A DNA stretch of 64,000 bases from Lytechinus pictus (Eukaryota): assembly GCF_037042905.1 (NCBI RefSeq), contig NC_087261.1:25172001-25236000 (forward strand), written 5' to 3'. The notes beneath the pieces are model-generated. The model had not been told where the DNA came from. It did not search any database and saw nothing but the letters and a program-made list of their open reading frames with translations. The position numbers and the translations under genes are program-made. This document shows, in pieces, positions 14,448 to 27,200 of the stretch (positions are counted from its first letter, which is position 1; the number at the start of each line of letters is the position of its first letter).

Positions 14448-15201
14448 TTACACAGAATACAGTTCGTTTTCAACCATCTCCATTTCGTCGAACTGATCAC
14501 CGGGAAACGAGTCATTAGCTTTAGCGTAGAGACCCTGATCACCATCGTATCCATCCGGCTTTCCTCGGGATTTATCGGGCATCGCGTACAAACTGCCGAC
14601 ATCTTCCGAAGTATCGTCCGAAGGGTTGTTCCGGTTCCCATTCTTATCTGGCATAGCATACAGACTGTCCATATCTTCCGAGGTGCCGTTTCGTTCGTCG
14701 TTCTTATCGGGTGCAGCGTAAACGACGCTCATTCTGTCGGCCATCTTCGCCGAGGTGTTTGGCTGCTTAGGATTTTCAAAAGAAGAGAAGGGTGCAATTC
14801 CGAGATTAATTTCGTCGTAGCCGTCATGTGCTCCGTTTGCGTTCTTGTCAGGTGGGGCGTAAAGGACGCTTAATCGGTCGTTGCTGTTCTGTTTCACCGC
14901 AGTGGCGCCACGTGAAGGATTTGGCGTCGGTTCATCGTCTGGGGTCTCATCCATTGTCCCCTCATATATATTCGATGATTTCCTGGGATTCAGATTTACA
15001 AGGAGAATGTTCTTGTTTCCTCTAGAAGAATTCGCGTTACTCTGTGCTTGTGCTCCAGGTTGGAAGCCTCTGGTAGATGCATCTGTCATTGCACCGTTGG
15101 AGATACCGAAGTCATTTATTTCATCATTCGCTGGAAGCCTGCTAACTGGAGTCAAAGTTGCTCTTTGTGAAGAGACAATACCCTTCGTCCTTTGCTGTGA
15201 C
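14448..15201 (-). CDS. Gene B cytoplasmic tail exon
   Basis: TTACAG|G acceptor; repeated YAxPDK motifs; ends [11 protein letters not shown]. Confidence 0.92.
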
Positions 15202-18200
15202 CTGTAATTGAATTTGGGATACAATTAGGTAGACATATGACAAATGTTGTACCTTCCATAGCGGGTATCCCACACTTTAATTACTATCGTCGTGAATCTT
15301 AGCGACATTTTTGATGACCGCTCAGGATCTCAACTCATAAAACGAGTATGGAGATTATCTGGCTGCAAAGTTTCCCAATGATGTACATGTACCAGTGTTC
15401 AGGAAAGACAAAAACATGACAGCGATTTCGAGAGTTATTAGCTTCAACTTAAATTGTGTTTTTATAACAACATAAACATCGTCACAATTGTAGTCAACAA
15501 TTACGGTTTAAATCATTGCACGTTTTTTTTGGAATTATCTTTCCATTTCACAGTTTCGTTACAACTATTATATCTAATACGGTTGTTACAGACCTTCTCC
15601 TTGTGAAACAAACGATGACGATGATAACTATGATGATGATCACAACAGCAGCCACACCTCCACCGATCCCTGCATATAAGCCTGTGGGATAAAATTACTA
15701 ATTATTCCTCAAGATTATTAGTTGTATTCTATTAACGAGTTCCTGAGTATAGCCTATATTCATGCATTTTAATTAAGTTTGATTGACCATCGGCATGTAA
15801 TGTTTCATTCTTCTTTCAGTACCATGGTTGTATTGGAAGTTTTCTTCGTCATGACTAGGACACGTCTCTGATTTCCCGTTACCATGGTTACCAATATGCT
15901 TGTGGCCGGACACATGGTGCATTGGAATTGATGGGGCTTTCGCGATGAGCAATAACATCATTCGACAATTAACTTACTGAGAAGTGTTTTCAAGGCTATT
16001 TAAGGCATGAAAATCGGTATATTAGAATACATGATTAATGTCATACAAGAAGCGTCGAAATCTAACGAATGCCACATCAGCTACTGCATATTATACCAGA
16101 AATATCCACACGTTGTAAACTCCTGAAGAAGACGGAGGACCATCGAAAATTAATTGGCAATCAAAGCATTATCATCAGCATTATTTTGTTACAATACTTC
16201 AGCCAATACGTGAAACTTTAAGATGTTTGGACCACACATTATGGCAAATATGCACTCATCTGCGATTTCAGTAATATTTCATAATTCGTGCAATTTTTCC
16301 GGTATCACATTTAGAGCTATCCAATTATAGCTATCAATATATTTATTTTTGCTGCTTATATCACCGTGAATATAGATAAATTGACTTTATCATCATTAAT
16401 ATTGACAGTAGAATCATTATTTGGTATTATCATCAAATTTATTTATTAGTTTTATCGTTTCTTGTATATATGTTTCGTTGCTATCTTAAACAAAGCAAAA
16501 ATTGATGAAAATAGAAATGGAATGACAGAGTAGTCGAAAGGAGTAGGGTTTACAAATTCAATATTTATTACATTTTGTGCGGAGTTCGTTGGTTACATGT
16601 GCTATTTCCCGCCAAAGGAAGATTGGACTTTCCTTGGGGACCCAGAGATGATGATGATAGTGATGATGATGATGATGATGATGGTGATGATAATGATGAT
16701 GATGATGATAGCGATGATGATGACGAGGACGACGATAATGTGGAAAGAATTTCATTACTTGATGTGGCAGTCTGGCTGGTGGAAGTTAGCAAGGATGTCG
16801 TCAGTGGTGGCGAGGAACCTGTGTTTAATCAATTAATAAATGAATTGAATTCAGTTTTGCTAACATTTTCTTAGAATCATTTATACACAACACAAATCAT
16901 TAATTTGTAAAGTGAAGACTACATATATCAGGAATATATATTTTGTAATAAGAAAGAATACTTACCCATCGGCTTAGTTGGTCTAGTCATCGGTGTTGCT
17001 GATACTGCAATATCATTTGAACATGATAAAAGGAGAAGAATATCAATAAGTATCGTGAATATCAATTTCAACTAAATCTTCACAAGGAGTGTGAAACTTG
17101 ATGAACTAATCGTTTGAGTTTTAATGGATAAGATAAAGAAGGAAAGAGTCTAAAACTATACTGACGATATCATGATATTGTTCGAAATATATTTTTTTCA
17201 AACTTGACATTGGTTTATGGTTATTGTTGCATTGTTGTTTTGTCATCAAAATTATACCTGCTTGTAAAAGGAGGCGTACTTCACTATATACTTATCAGAG
17301 AGCTAGAATCAGTATTATTTTCGTTCCAAAACAAAACAGTGATTTAACATGTTTAACAAATCGACTGGCATCACTCTAAAAACAATTAGGATATGGTCTC
17401 AATTTCCAATGTTTTATCGTAAATTTATTATATATTCATATTTTAATCATTTTTTACATTTCAGTTTGCTATAAAAGTACAAGTGCATTTGATTATTCGT
17501 ATCATTATGATAAGGGAACAACTTGCCTCTCTAAATTATCGGGTCAAAATGTTAAATATTTCCCGACGTCTAAATTACGAGTGATACTATTTGGGGATTC
17601 TTTCTCATAGCAGATAGATATACCGATATGAACGTGATATAAAGTTTATAGGCAATGTTTACTTTATAAAACAAATATTTACCATAATTAAGTTTCATTA
17701 CAAGCCCGGCTAATGTGAACTGGAAGAGATCCCAACAGTCCCCTAACAATATTTCCCACCCCTGTTTACAATAAATTAACAAAACAACTAGATTGTTGAA
17801 TGCATTTTCTTAGTTCATGGACACACAGCGGTACGAGGGCTATATCATAGAAACATTACCTCTTCTAACTTTGTGTAAGTGACGTTGTGTGTATGTGTAC
17901 ATGGGTGAGTCTCGACAACCAAATACTATTACATACAGCCCCCCCCCCCCCCCCACACACACACACACGTACACACAATCGTGAACGTTTGATAATCCGT
18001 CAGAATGAAATACACCTCCTTTTTTAATCATGTTGAGATCAGGGCCCCGTCTTACAAAGAGTTACGATTGATCCAATCAATCGTACTCTATGGAAATCCA
18101 CCAGGGTCATAATTTGTTCTACAGGAAATTTGCACAATGACTTTTGCAACCAAAGAGAAACACAGTGAATTTTCAAGAAAACGATGAATGCATGAATATA

Positions 18201-21200
18201 CATCATAGCTAGCAGCGGCGTAACAGGGGTCGGTGGCCAGGGGGGGCAAGAGCCAAAAATTTCCCGGTCATATCATGGTATGAACAGGCGTAATGGTGTA
18301 ATGAGGCGACGATTTTAAGAGGGCCGGACATTGCGTATCAGGCAGAATTTATCTTTTGAAAAAAAAAAAAGAGTTTCGAGCGAGCGGAGCGAGCGAGCAA
18401 AAATTTTGACATTTTAATACAAAAATCAAATTTTGTGATAGATTTTGACATGATATCCAAAAAATACATTTCACTCTTTTCTCTTTCCATTCCTTTTTTT
18501 GTGATCTGTACGCCACTGTGAACAGGATTATTTGCGGCAGAAGCGTGCAGAGTAAACAAAACAAAAAACGAGGGGCGCAGTATGACGCATATGCTAAAAA
18601 GCTGCTTAATATAAGTCCCGAGTAAGCGAAGCGAGCGAGAAAAAAAATCACCTTTTCATGAGAATATAACTTTGAGATATTTTTTGACATTATATTCAGT
18701 AAATAAAATCATATCCTACACTTTTCCTTTGCCTTTCTTTCCTCCTTTTTTCTTGGTAGAACTTTTGGGGACCATGGCCCAACCCTTCCATACTCATATA
18801 CGGCAGTGCTATGCGGTTGGGGTCTGGGGCGGAGCCCCCGTAACTTCTTGATATCAAAGCCATTTAAACCTCGCAGAATGCAGCTATTTAATCAAATCGC
18901 GGGTATATACAGAATATAGCTTTTACACAACACATTCATTCAACCCAGTTAAACCAAATATTTTGAGGGGGCAAAACATAGCAATGTGGGAAAGTTTAAA
19001 AAAAAAAAAAAAAAAGTCGCCAGCGAGCAAAGCGAGCTGGAAAAAAATTGCCTATTGAAATTAAATTCTAATTATGTGATAGATTTCTCCATTATATTCA
19101 GCAAATAACACATTTCATTGTTTCCATTCATTTCATTATACGTTGTCTCCTATAATTTCTTTTATTTCCTCTTGGGTGTTGAACCAAGACCCCCCCCCCC
19201 CCCCCCCCCCGCCTGTACGCCAGTGATTGAACGTAAAGCTTAATGTAGGAAGGGTCCCTACAGGGGGCGTGATAGAGCCATTTGAAGGTCATAGATGAAG
19301 AGCCCCTACTGATTGGGGTCTGGGGCTAAGCCCCGGTAGCTTATTTGCATAAAATTTAGCAAGCTAATAGCACAATGTTGTATGCACTCCATCTTTATTC
19401 CTGCTCTTTATTATCTATCCTCGTCAGCCCGGTCGTGTTATTAAGTTTTTATTTCTTGTGCCTTTTCTTTGTTTTCCAATTTAGCTTTTGACTTATTCCA
19501 TTCTACCTTCATTTCCCGCTATTGTTTGTCATTTTGTGATCTTTCCCATCATGCTATTGCACTATTTCGGAATGATTTGTTCTTTCTCACATGTTCTTCT
19601 TTTGTTCTTCTTCCCGCTTTCCTTCCTTTTCCATTTCAAAAAAATATATATTTTTTGTTTTCTTTCCACTTTTCCCTTTCTCTTTCCTTTTCCTCCTTTC
19701 CTTTCCCTCTTTTCTTCCCCTTTCTTTCTCCCTCCCTTTTATTTTTTTCCCTTTTTTTTTTCCCGGTGAAATCCGCCAGGGGGGCAACTTGCCCCCCTGC
19801 CCCCCCCCCCCCGCCCCCCGCCTGTTACGCCACTGATAGCTAGAAAATATTTTCAACAAACATGGCAATAGATGTTGACGTTGCTGGCCGTCCATTGTTG
19901 TGATTGATCGGATCAATCGCAACTCTTTGTAAGACGGGGCCCAGGGCGTCTGTAGAAGGGGGCGTTGGGCGACTGCCCTCCCCCTACGTTTAAAAAAAAA
20001 AAAAATTAGCGAGTAAGGAGAAAGACTTTCACAAATATAAGTTTCCGTCATCTAATTATTTTGTATCCTTATCATTCAATTATAATTATGAATATTAGAA
20101 CTACCGAAGTTCATGATAGCTCATTTCGGGTAAATCAAGAAAGCTAGAATAATTTTTGTTTGTGTCCAATTAAGATTTTGGTCAAGTTATCGTTCAAGTT
20201 GTGTATTTTCGGATCGCATTCCTGGATACAAATAGCACACAAGATGGGTTAACGTATAAGCAACAATATAACAATATAACCCACTTTTAACTCACTTTGG
20301 TCAAGAGATGGAGGTTGTCCTTATATACATGTACTCAATTTATGTTTGAAATGACTTTACCTGGAGTTTGACTTTCCCACTACCCCTACAAAATACCTAG
20401 GCGCCGACCCTCGTCTAGGCTACTTTCAATTGGTGGTATTTTGATAGCATTCTATAGATTTGTGTTTCAAAATTCTAGTTTAGACTAGGTTTAAACCAAG
20501 GTTTAATTATCAGAAAACCACCGATAGCGTTCAAGAATGATACTCACTGCTAAATACAGCTATGTGTCCTGCCCCACCACAGCTGTCCGTGGGGTCTCCT
20601 GAACATGCAACATGACATTGATCGTCCGATCGTTTTCCATGTCTAGTATAGTTATCACTCGCTTCACCACAGTAACATTCTTTTCCATTTTCAACGCCAG
20701 CGTATGTATAGTTCGCATCAGATGATTGGTTACAGAAATTTATGCAAGACGAAATGGTCATGTTTGGAACTTGAGTCATATAATCACCGGTGAATACTCT
20801 ATCATTACCTGTCCCGCCCTCGAAGCAACCAAGATGATGTTCTCCTGTTTGAAATATAAACATAATAATTAGTTTATTAGAATAAATCGGGCAAGTCCAC
20901 CCGATCAAAAAGATGACTTGTGCCGATAGAGAAATTAAAAGAAGCATAAGACTGAAATGTCCTTATCTGCATCTAGATTAGATGTAGCTAATGTATCAAA
21001 TTTTTCATTCATTATTTATATCATTTTATTTGTAGTTTATTTATACAGGGTAGCATTGTCAGTTTAGGAACTGCTTTCATCATGGCCCTTTCCGCATGAC
21101 ATACAATTTGTTGTGATTAATATAATTTCATCAGTAATATTTATTTATTTATTTGCCGTTTTATTTCAACAGGGTAGCCCTTTCAGTTTATTAAAACTGC

Positions 21201-24200
21201 TCGAGCAAGGGGCCCTGGTCGATAATTAATTAACTTCCTTTATTTTTAATATTATTTCCTGATTTAAAAGTATTTAACGACCGACTGTTTCTTTGATTCA
21301 CATTGAGGTTGTTCCACCCAGTATATCCCATGAATTTACATAATCAACACCACGATTACATAATATATACATGTGTAAATGAATGTGAAACCCAAAAGAA
21401 TATTTAAAAAACATATCTCTTAAAATCTAAACATTGAATCAAGTTGTTTGAAAATAAACGAAACTCCAAAAACAAACCAAAAGCCCCAAAGGCCGATTTT
21501 GAATTTTGAAAAAAATATATGAAGTTCTGCCTAATCCAAAATCGAAAATAAAATTAATATCAAACTACAGATATCATACAGCTTTGTTAAACCAGGTATT
21601 AAAATGAATAGTTTCCTTGTTATATTTTAATTGTTTCATATGATATATGGAAACTCATAATTTCCTTTAATTATTTTTTTATTGATTCCTGATTTAAAAG
21701 CATTTAACGACTGGCTGTTTCTTTGATTCACATTGAGGTTGTTCCGCCCAGCATATCCCATGAATTCAAATGTCCGACTGGCTGCACAATTATTCAACTT
21801 TATGGTATTACTACTTTCATGCGGAATCTTGTTTCAATTTCATGATTTGGCCTGGCGAAGATACATTTCATATAATCGGGCAAAAGATCATTCAGACATA
21901 TATACCTTGATAATGCTATGTCGATTCCATCGGATTGGCAGTTCTTGCCGCTTTAGATCTCTAAACATATCAATTATGTGAGTTTGTGGATGTGCACCCA
22001 GAATCATTCTAGCCATTTTATTGTGTACTTTACTAATCTATCGAGATTTTTCGACGATGCATTTGACCATGCAACATCGCAATAATCTTGAAATGGTATG
22101 ATTAGGGAACAACATAACATCTTCAAAATTTCATTTGGTAAAACCGGTTTTGCAGATCGTCTTAAAAACCCTATTCTTTGAGATACTTTACTCGCTATAA
22201 GACCAATGTACTCCTTCCATACTAATTGTTAATCAAGAATGACACCAAGATATTTAAATCTCGTCAATCTCTCGATATATACTGATAGAAGGGCATTAAT
22301 TTCAGATGAGAAAATTATTTAAGGTTTTGTCGAGTTCCAAGCAACATAAATTATGTTTTCTTTAGGTTCAGTGTCAGCTTATTTTGGTAAACCATTTTTC
22401 TGCTACCTGCAGACCAACTTGCATATCATTTTGTGATTCATGAACGTTTTTTGCTTTAAAGGTAACGGGGCAAATGATGACATTTTTGTTACTTGTGCTC
22501 TCTCTTCTTAATACGATCTGAACCTCTGTATCTCACGATCTTTGACACCACCATGATATGATATTTCTAATAGTAGGCCTATATGATGGACAACGGTGTC
22601 AAATGCCTTCTTCAGATCAACAACAAAATATAAAATTGCTCCATTGATGAAACTGTCGTTCATGCCTTTAAGAATGTGATTAGTTTATCAGTGCAGTTTG
22701 GGTTGAGTGGTGAGGTCTAAAACAGATTGCTCTCGTTAAAGTATTTGTACAGTTTATTATGAACTGCTCTTTCTGATATTTTGGATACAACAGGAAGGAT
22801 GGATATAGTTTCCGATGTCTTCTTGATCACATCTCTTAAAAATTGGAGAAACTTTTGCTACTTTCCATTTATAAGGAAACATATATGTAGCTAACGAAAT
22901 ATTTGTAAGATATGTCAGTAATTTCAAAACAACAAGACATGCAGATTTTAGAAGCCTGGGAGATATTCCATCGATTCGTGTGGCTTTATCAGATTCCATA
23001 GCTTTTATTTCCTTTTGCATAAAACGCCATGGTCACTGGTTCAAAAATCAAATCATCCCCTGGATTTTCAGGATCGTCATCAAATATCGAATGATCAATT
23101 TCGTCATCCTTAAATCCGGCCGCAAGTTTCTTTCCAACATGAACAAAGTATTCACTAAACTCATCTGCCAAAAACGTATTATATTGAATCGGTAGAGTTC
23201 TGACTTCCGACATATAGTTGGCGCTTAGAATATCCAAGTTTTAGGTCACTATCATTTTTTCTTCAGCTCGCGCTTCGCGCTCGCATCAATTGTAAAACTA
23301 AAGACCCATCCTATTCATAGTTACAAAATGTGCTTAGAATGTCAGATTTTTGGTCGGAAATTCAAAAAAAATAAGCTCGTGCTTTGAGCTTGAACAGAAA
23401 GTTGAGATATATACCCATCTGTTCCAAAATTGTGGTCAGAATATAAAAAAAAAATCAGCTCGCGTTTCGCTTGCATCAATTGTTTAGGTTTAGATATACG
23501 TATACCCTTCATGTTCACGTTTATAAACAGTGCTACGAATATCCAATCAGGAAACATATACATGTAGATGAAAATATCCCCCTCCCCCTATTAGCGAAAG
23601 CTGGATCCGCCCCTGGTACAGAAATGTCAGCTCCCGCTCACATAATTTTAGTAGGGTCTACTCTGATGTGAAGTTGAACTAAATTGAAACCCGAAAGTAC
23701 TTAAAATTATATGTTTTCATTGGGTGGTTCGATAAAACTAATCGTAAGTTACGAGCGACTTTAAGAACGACTGGTGATCCTTTGTTGTGGTAAATGATAT
23801 TGACCATTACATGTTCATTAGTGATTATGTATAGCGTAAGAAATGTTCACCAGTCTTTCTTAAAGTTGCTCGTAACATACAAACAACTTAATGAAACACC
23901 CACCTGGTCGCATTTATTATTTTCAGAAAATGGTATTATAACATTATTCATGAATATATTTTTTTCATGAACATATTTTTTTTAATGGTCTTCGATTGCA
24001 TTTTTTCACGTGATTATGAAAAAAACATCAACATGCATTTAAGGCATCTTTGTTTGCGAGGGGAGCGCTATTTTCCAGAAAGTTCACAGGGACGCAAAAT
24101 TAGGTCGGGCCCCCCGGGCGCAAAATACTGCATACCTGCCTGATATGATATTCAAACATATTCAACCACTGGATATCACTGATGATTTGCTTTTTTTGTA

Positions 24201-27200
24201 ATTACCATGACAAGATGCTGCTCCTGCTGGGGAGCACCCCGATGCATGTGGTAATGTAGGACATGCTGACAGGCTACCTTCACCTAGAAATTCAACATGA
24301 ACATGATAAACAACAGTCTGTTTATTTACGTCTGCAAATCTTAAAATATGTTTTAAATTTAATGCAGGCACAATGAAGGATTTAGGGGGTGATTGAAAAG
24401 ACAGAGCCCCGTATTCTGATAGCAGGTGTAATTTAACCCTAGTCTAAAGTTAACCCTGGTTTAAATAAACATCCTCTAAACCTCACCTCTGGTCTAAGTG
24501 TAGTTTAATTTTGGTATTATGATAGCCAGGTTTAACTAAACCTGGGTTAAACCCGGGTTTAAATTTATTTTTGGAAATAATCAGCCTCTTTCGACCAAGA
24601 CTAGCAACCTTTGGGTAAATTACTGCTGCAGGGGTGACTGCAACAAAGTTGAAAAATGTCACTAAAGTTGTTTTTTTCTCAAAAATTTGGATTTTATGAA
24701 AACTGATTACAACTATTGTAGTGAAAGAAAAACATTCATCACCCATATATGATAAGGATTTTTTCATTAAGATTATCTTTATATTTCTTACTTACTAAAA
24801 CATTTCAATCTCAAACCGAGTGACTTGCACAGTTTTTTTGTGTATCAGTCCCATTTATTGCTTTTCATGTATTGTTTGTCAAAATCTAAATTGAATAGAT
24901 TCCTCTCGACATCTTTATTTTAACTTTAGTTGAAGTAGACCTAAGGGAAAACTTTTGTAACTTTTGAGACTAGTCTTGGGTCTAACATTAGGCCTAGATC
25001 TAGCCTAGGCCCAAGATCAATATCCGTCTGTTTGGAGGAGAATTGAACATTGGCATTGGCTATCGGAATACGGGCCAGAAAGTCATCCCTGCATTCGTAT
25101 CGTTGAGAGTAGATAAGTGATGGATAAGTAAATAATATTAAACCACATATAGAATGTTTAAACATCTGACAAGTAGAACTCAAAGCTTTGGACTGTACAA
25201 CAAAGACATTGATGGTATAGGCGAACTATACCCCCTCCATCTTATATCCACATTTACTTTTTTTCCGATGGGAGGCTGCTGGAACACTGACGTATAACAA
25301 TTAATTCTACTTCATAGGTAAAAATCGACGATGTAAAATTAGGTCGCGATTCTAGACAGTTTAAATTGGCAGATAAATTGTTACATCTGCCTCCAAACTG
25401 ACCGCTGGTTTTTTATTTCTAAATTTGGTTTGTTTGGATTCGTTTTGGCCAGTTTGAATGTGGCATCAGTAAACCTTTTATTTTTCTAGAGACAGTATTA
25501 CAGTATTGGTGGTTTGGGATGAAACGGGCATGGAGGCACAATCACTACATGTATATGCAGCTCCCTGGTCAAGGCAGGGAGCGACACAACGGCAATGTGT
25601 TTTATATGGAGTTATTACAGCTCTTATCCGTGTTGGCGATGCGCTCTTCACCGTGTTCATAGCAGTTTGAAATTGTCCATAAACCGCCAACTCTATGCAC
25701 CGACAACCTTTTCGGCCATATGTGATATTTACTAAAGAGTTGTGAAACTAAACACACATCTGACAGGGGAACCCCGGTGGAGTGGTCCACCTGCACACTA
25801 CAAGTCAGTTCTGGAGGAGAGACCTGCGGGTCATAGTGAGTCAGTTCGCTTTACGTTTCCCATGTATCGGTGACGCCAAAACAGTAAACTACATTTTTTT
25901 TTTTTAATAAAGAATATAAATTTACTAGTTTAGGAAGGTACGTAAGAGTATTTTGTGAAATATATATTAAATGTATGTGTTTACTTCCGTTACAATCCAA
26001 CCCAATGACAGGATTTGAATTCTGTCCATAAGGTGTGGTCTTCACTGCTAGGCTTGCTCCTGTGAATCCTAACTGTCTGCAGATGACGATGACATCATTA
26101 ATGTCAAGATTCATTCCACATGTCGTCTCCCAATCGCCGCCATCTTGCTTGACCTCTACTGTACCTTTATTAGATGCTGGACCTCCAATTAATTGTACAT
26201 CTATCAAGAAAGGGCAACGTGTGTAAATGAATATGAATCTAGGAGAGAATAAAATCTGCGATTAGGTTTAGCTTTGAAAAATGCAAAAGAGAAGAACTTC
26301 TTCCAAGTTACAACTGTCACTCGATTCTCTACAGACAATATACTTGTATCAGATTTTCAGAAACACAGAAAATATCTGATCACTATCGCGATTTTTTCCT
26401 TCATATGGATTCCGATATATCGAAGTTATTTAGGTTACAATTTGTCTTTCTTTTCATTGTTGTAGACTTTTTCTTTAATCACTTAAAAGTACTTTTTAAG
26501 ACCCCTCAAAACAATAGGGCAGACGGGCTAAAATCAATTAAGCACATTACGGCGTTTTTCATCTTTGAACAACATGATGTCATGCAATTAACGTAGCCTT
26601 AGATCATATAAAGGACATGTCCACCCCACAAAAAGTTTATGTGAATAAAAAGAGAAAAATCCAACAGTCATGACACTGAAAATTTGATCAAAATCGGATG
26701 TAAAATAAGGAATTTTGAAAGTTTTGCTTAGTTTCAGAAAAACAGTTATATGCATATCCTGATCGGTATGCAAATAAGGGGAGTGATGACATCAATCACT
26801 CACTATTTATTTTGTATTCTATAACATGAAATATGATATATTCTATTTTTTTCCTCATTCTCCTGTGAAACAAAGTTTTCATCCTCCCTGAACATATGGA
26901 AAAAACATTGTTATATCATTCAATGTTTCAATCAAGTTGGTCCTTAAGGTCAAATCTGTAAAAATTGAAATATTGCATGATTCAAACAATAAAAAGCAAA
27001 AAAAAATTTAGTGAGAGGGGAACATCATCGATTCTCTCATTTGCATATCACTGAATTGTACATATAACTTTTTTGTGAAAAAAAGGCAAACCTTTAAAAT
27101 GTCATAACTTTCTTATTTTACACAAGATTTTGATGAAACTTTCAGCTTTATCCTCGTTTGATTTTTCTCTCTTGATTCAAGTCAACATTTTTAAGGGGTG

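Noticed and set aside
14448-15201. Canonical ITIM motifs in the tail
   Set aside because: The SxYxxP and VxYxxP motifs have Pro, not L/V/I, at +3
14828-15207. Plus-strand ORFs over tail and SRCR exons, repeated in each paralogue
   Set aside because: Antisense shadows of real coding exons
16558-16874. Poly-Asp, poly-His and poly-Met ORFs
   Set aside because: Alternative frames and antisense of the poly-Ser stalk exon; only the Ser frame fits the splice phases
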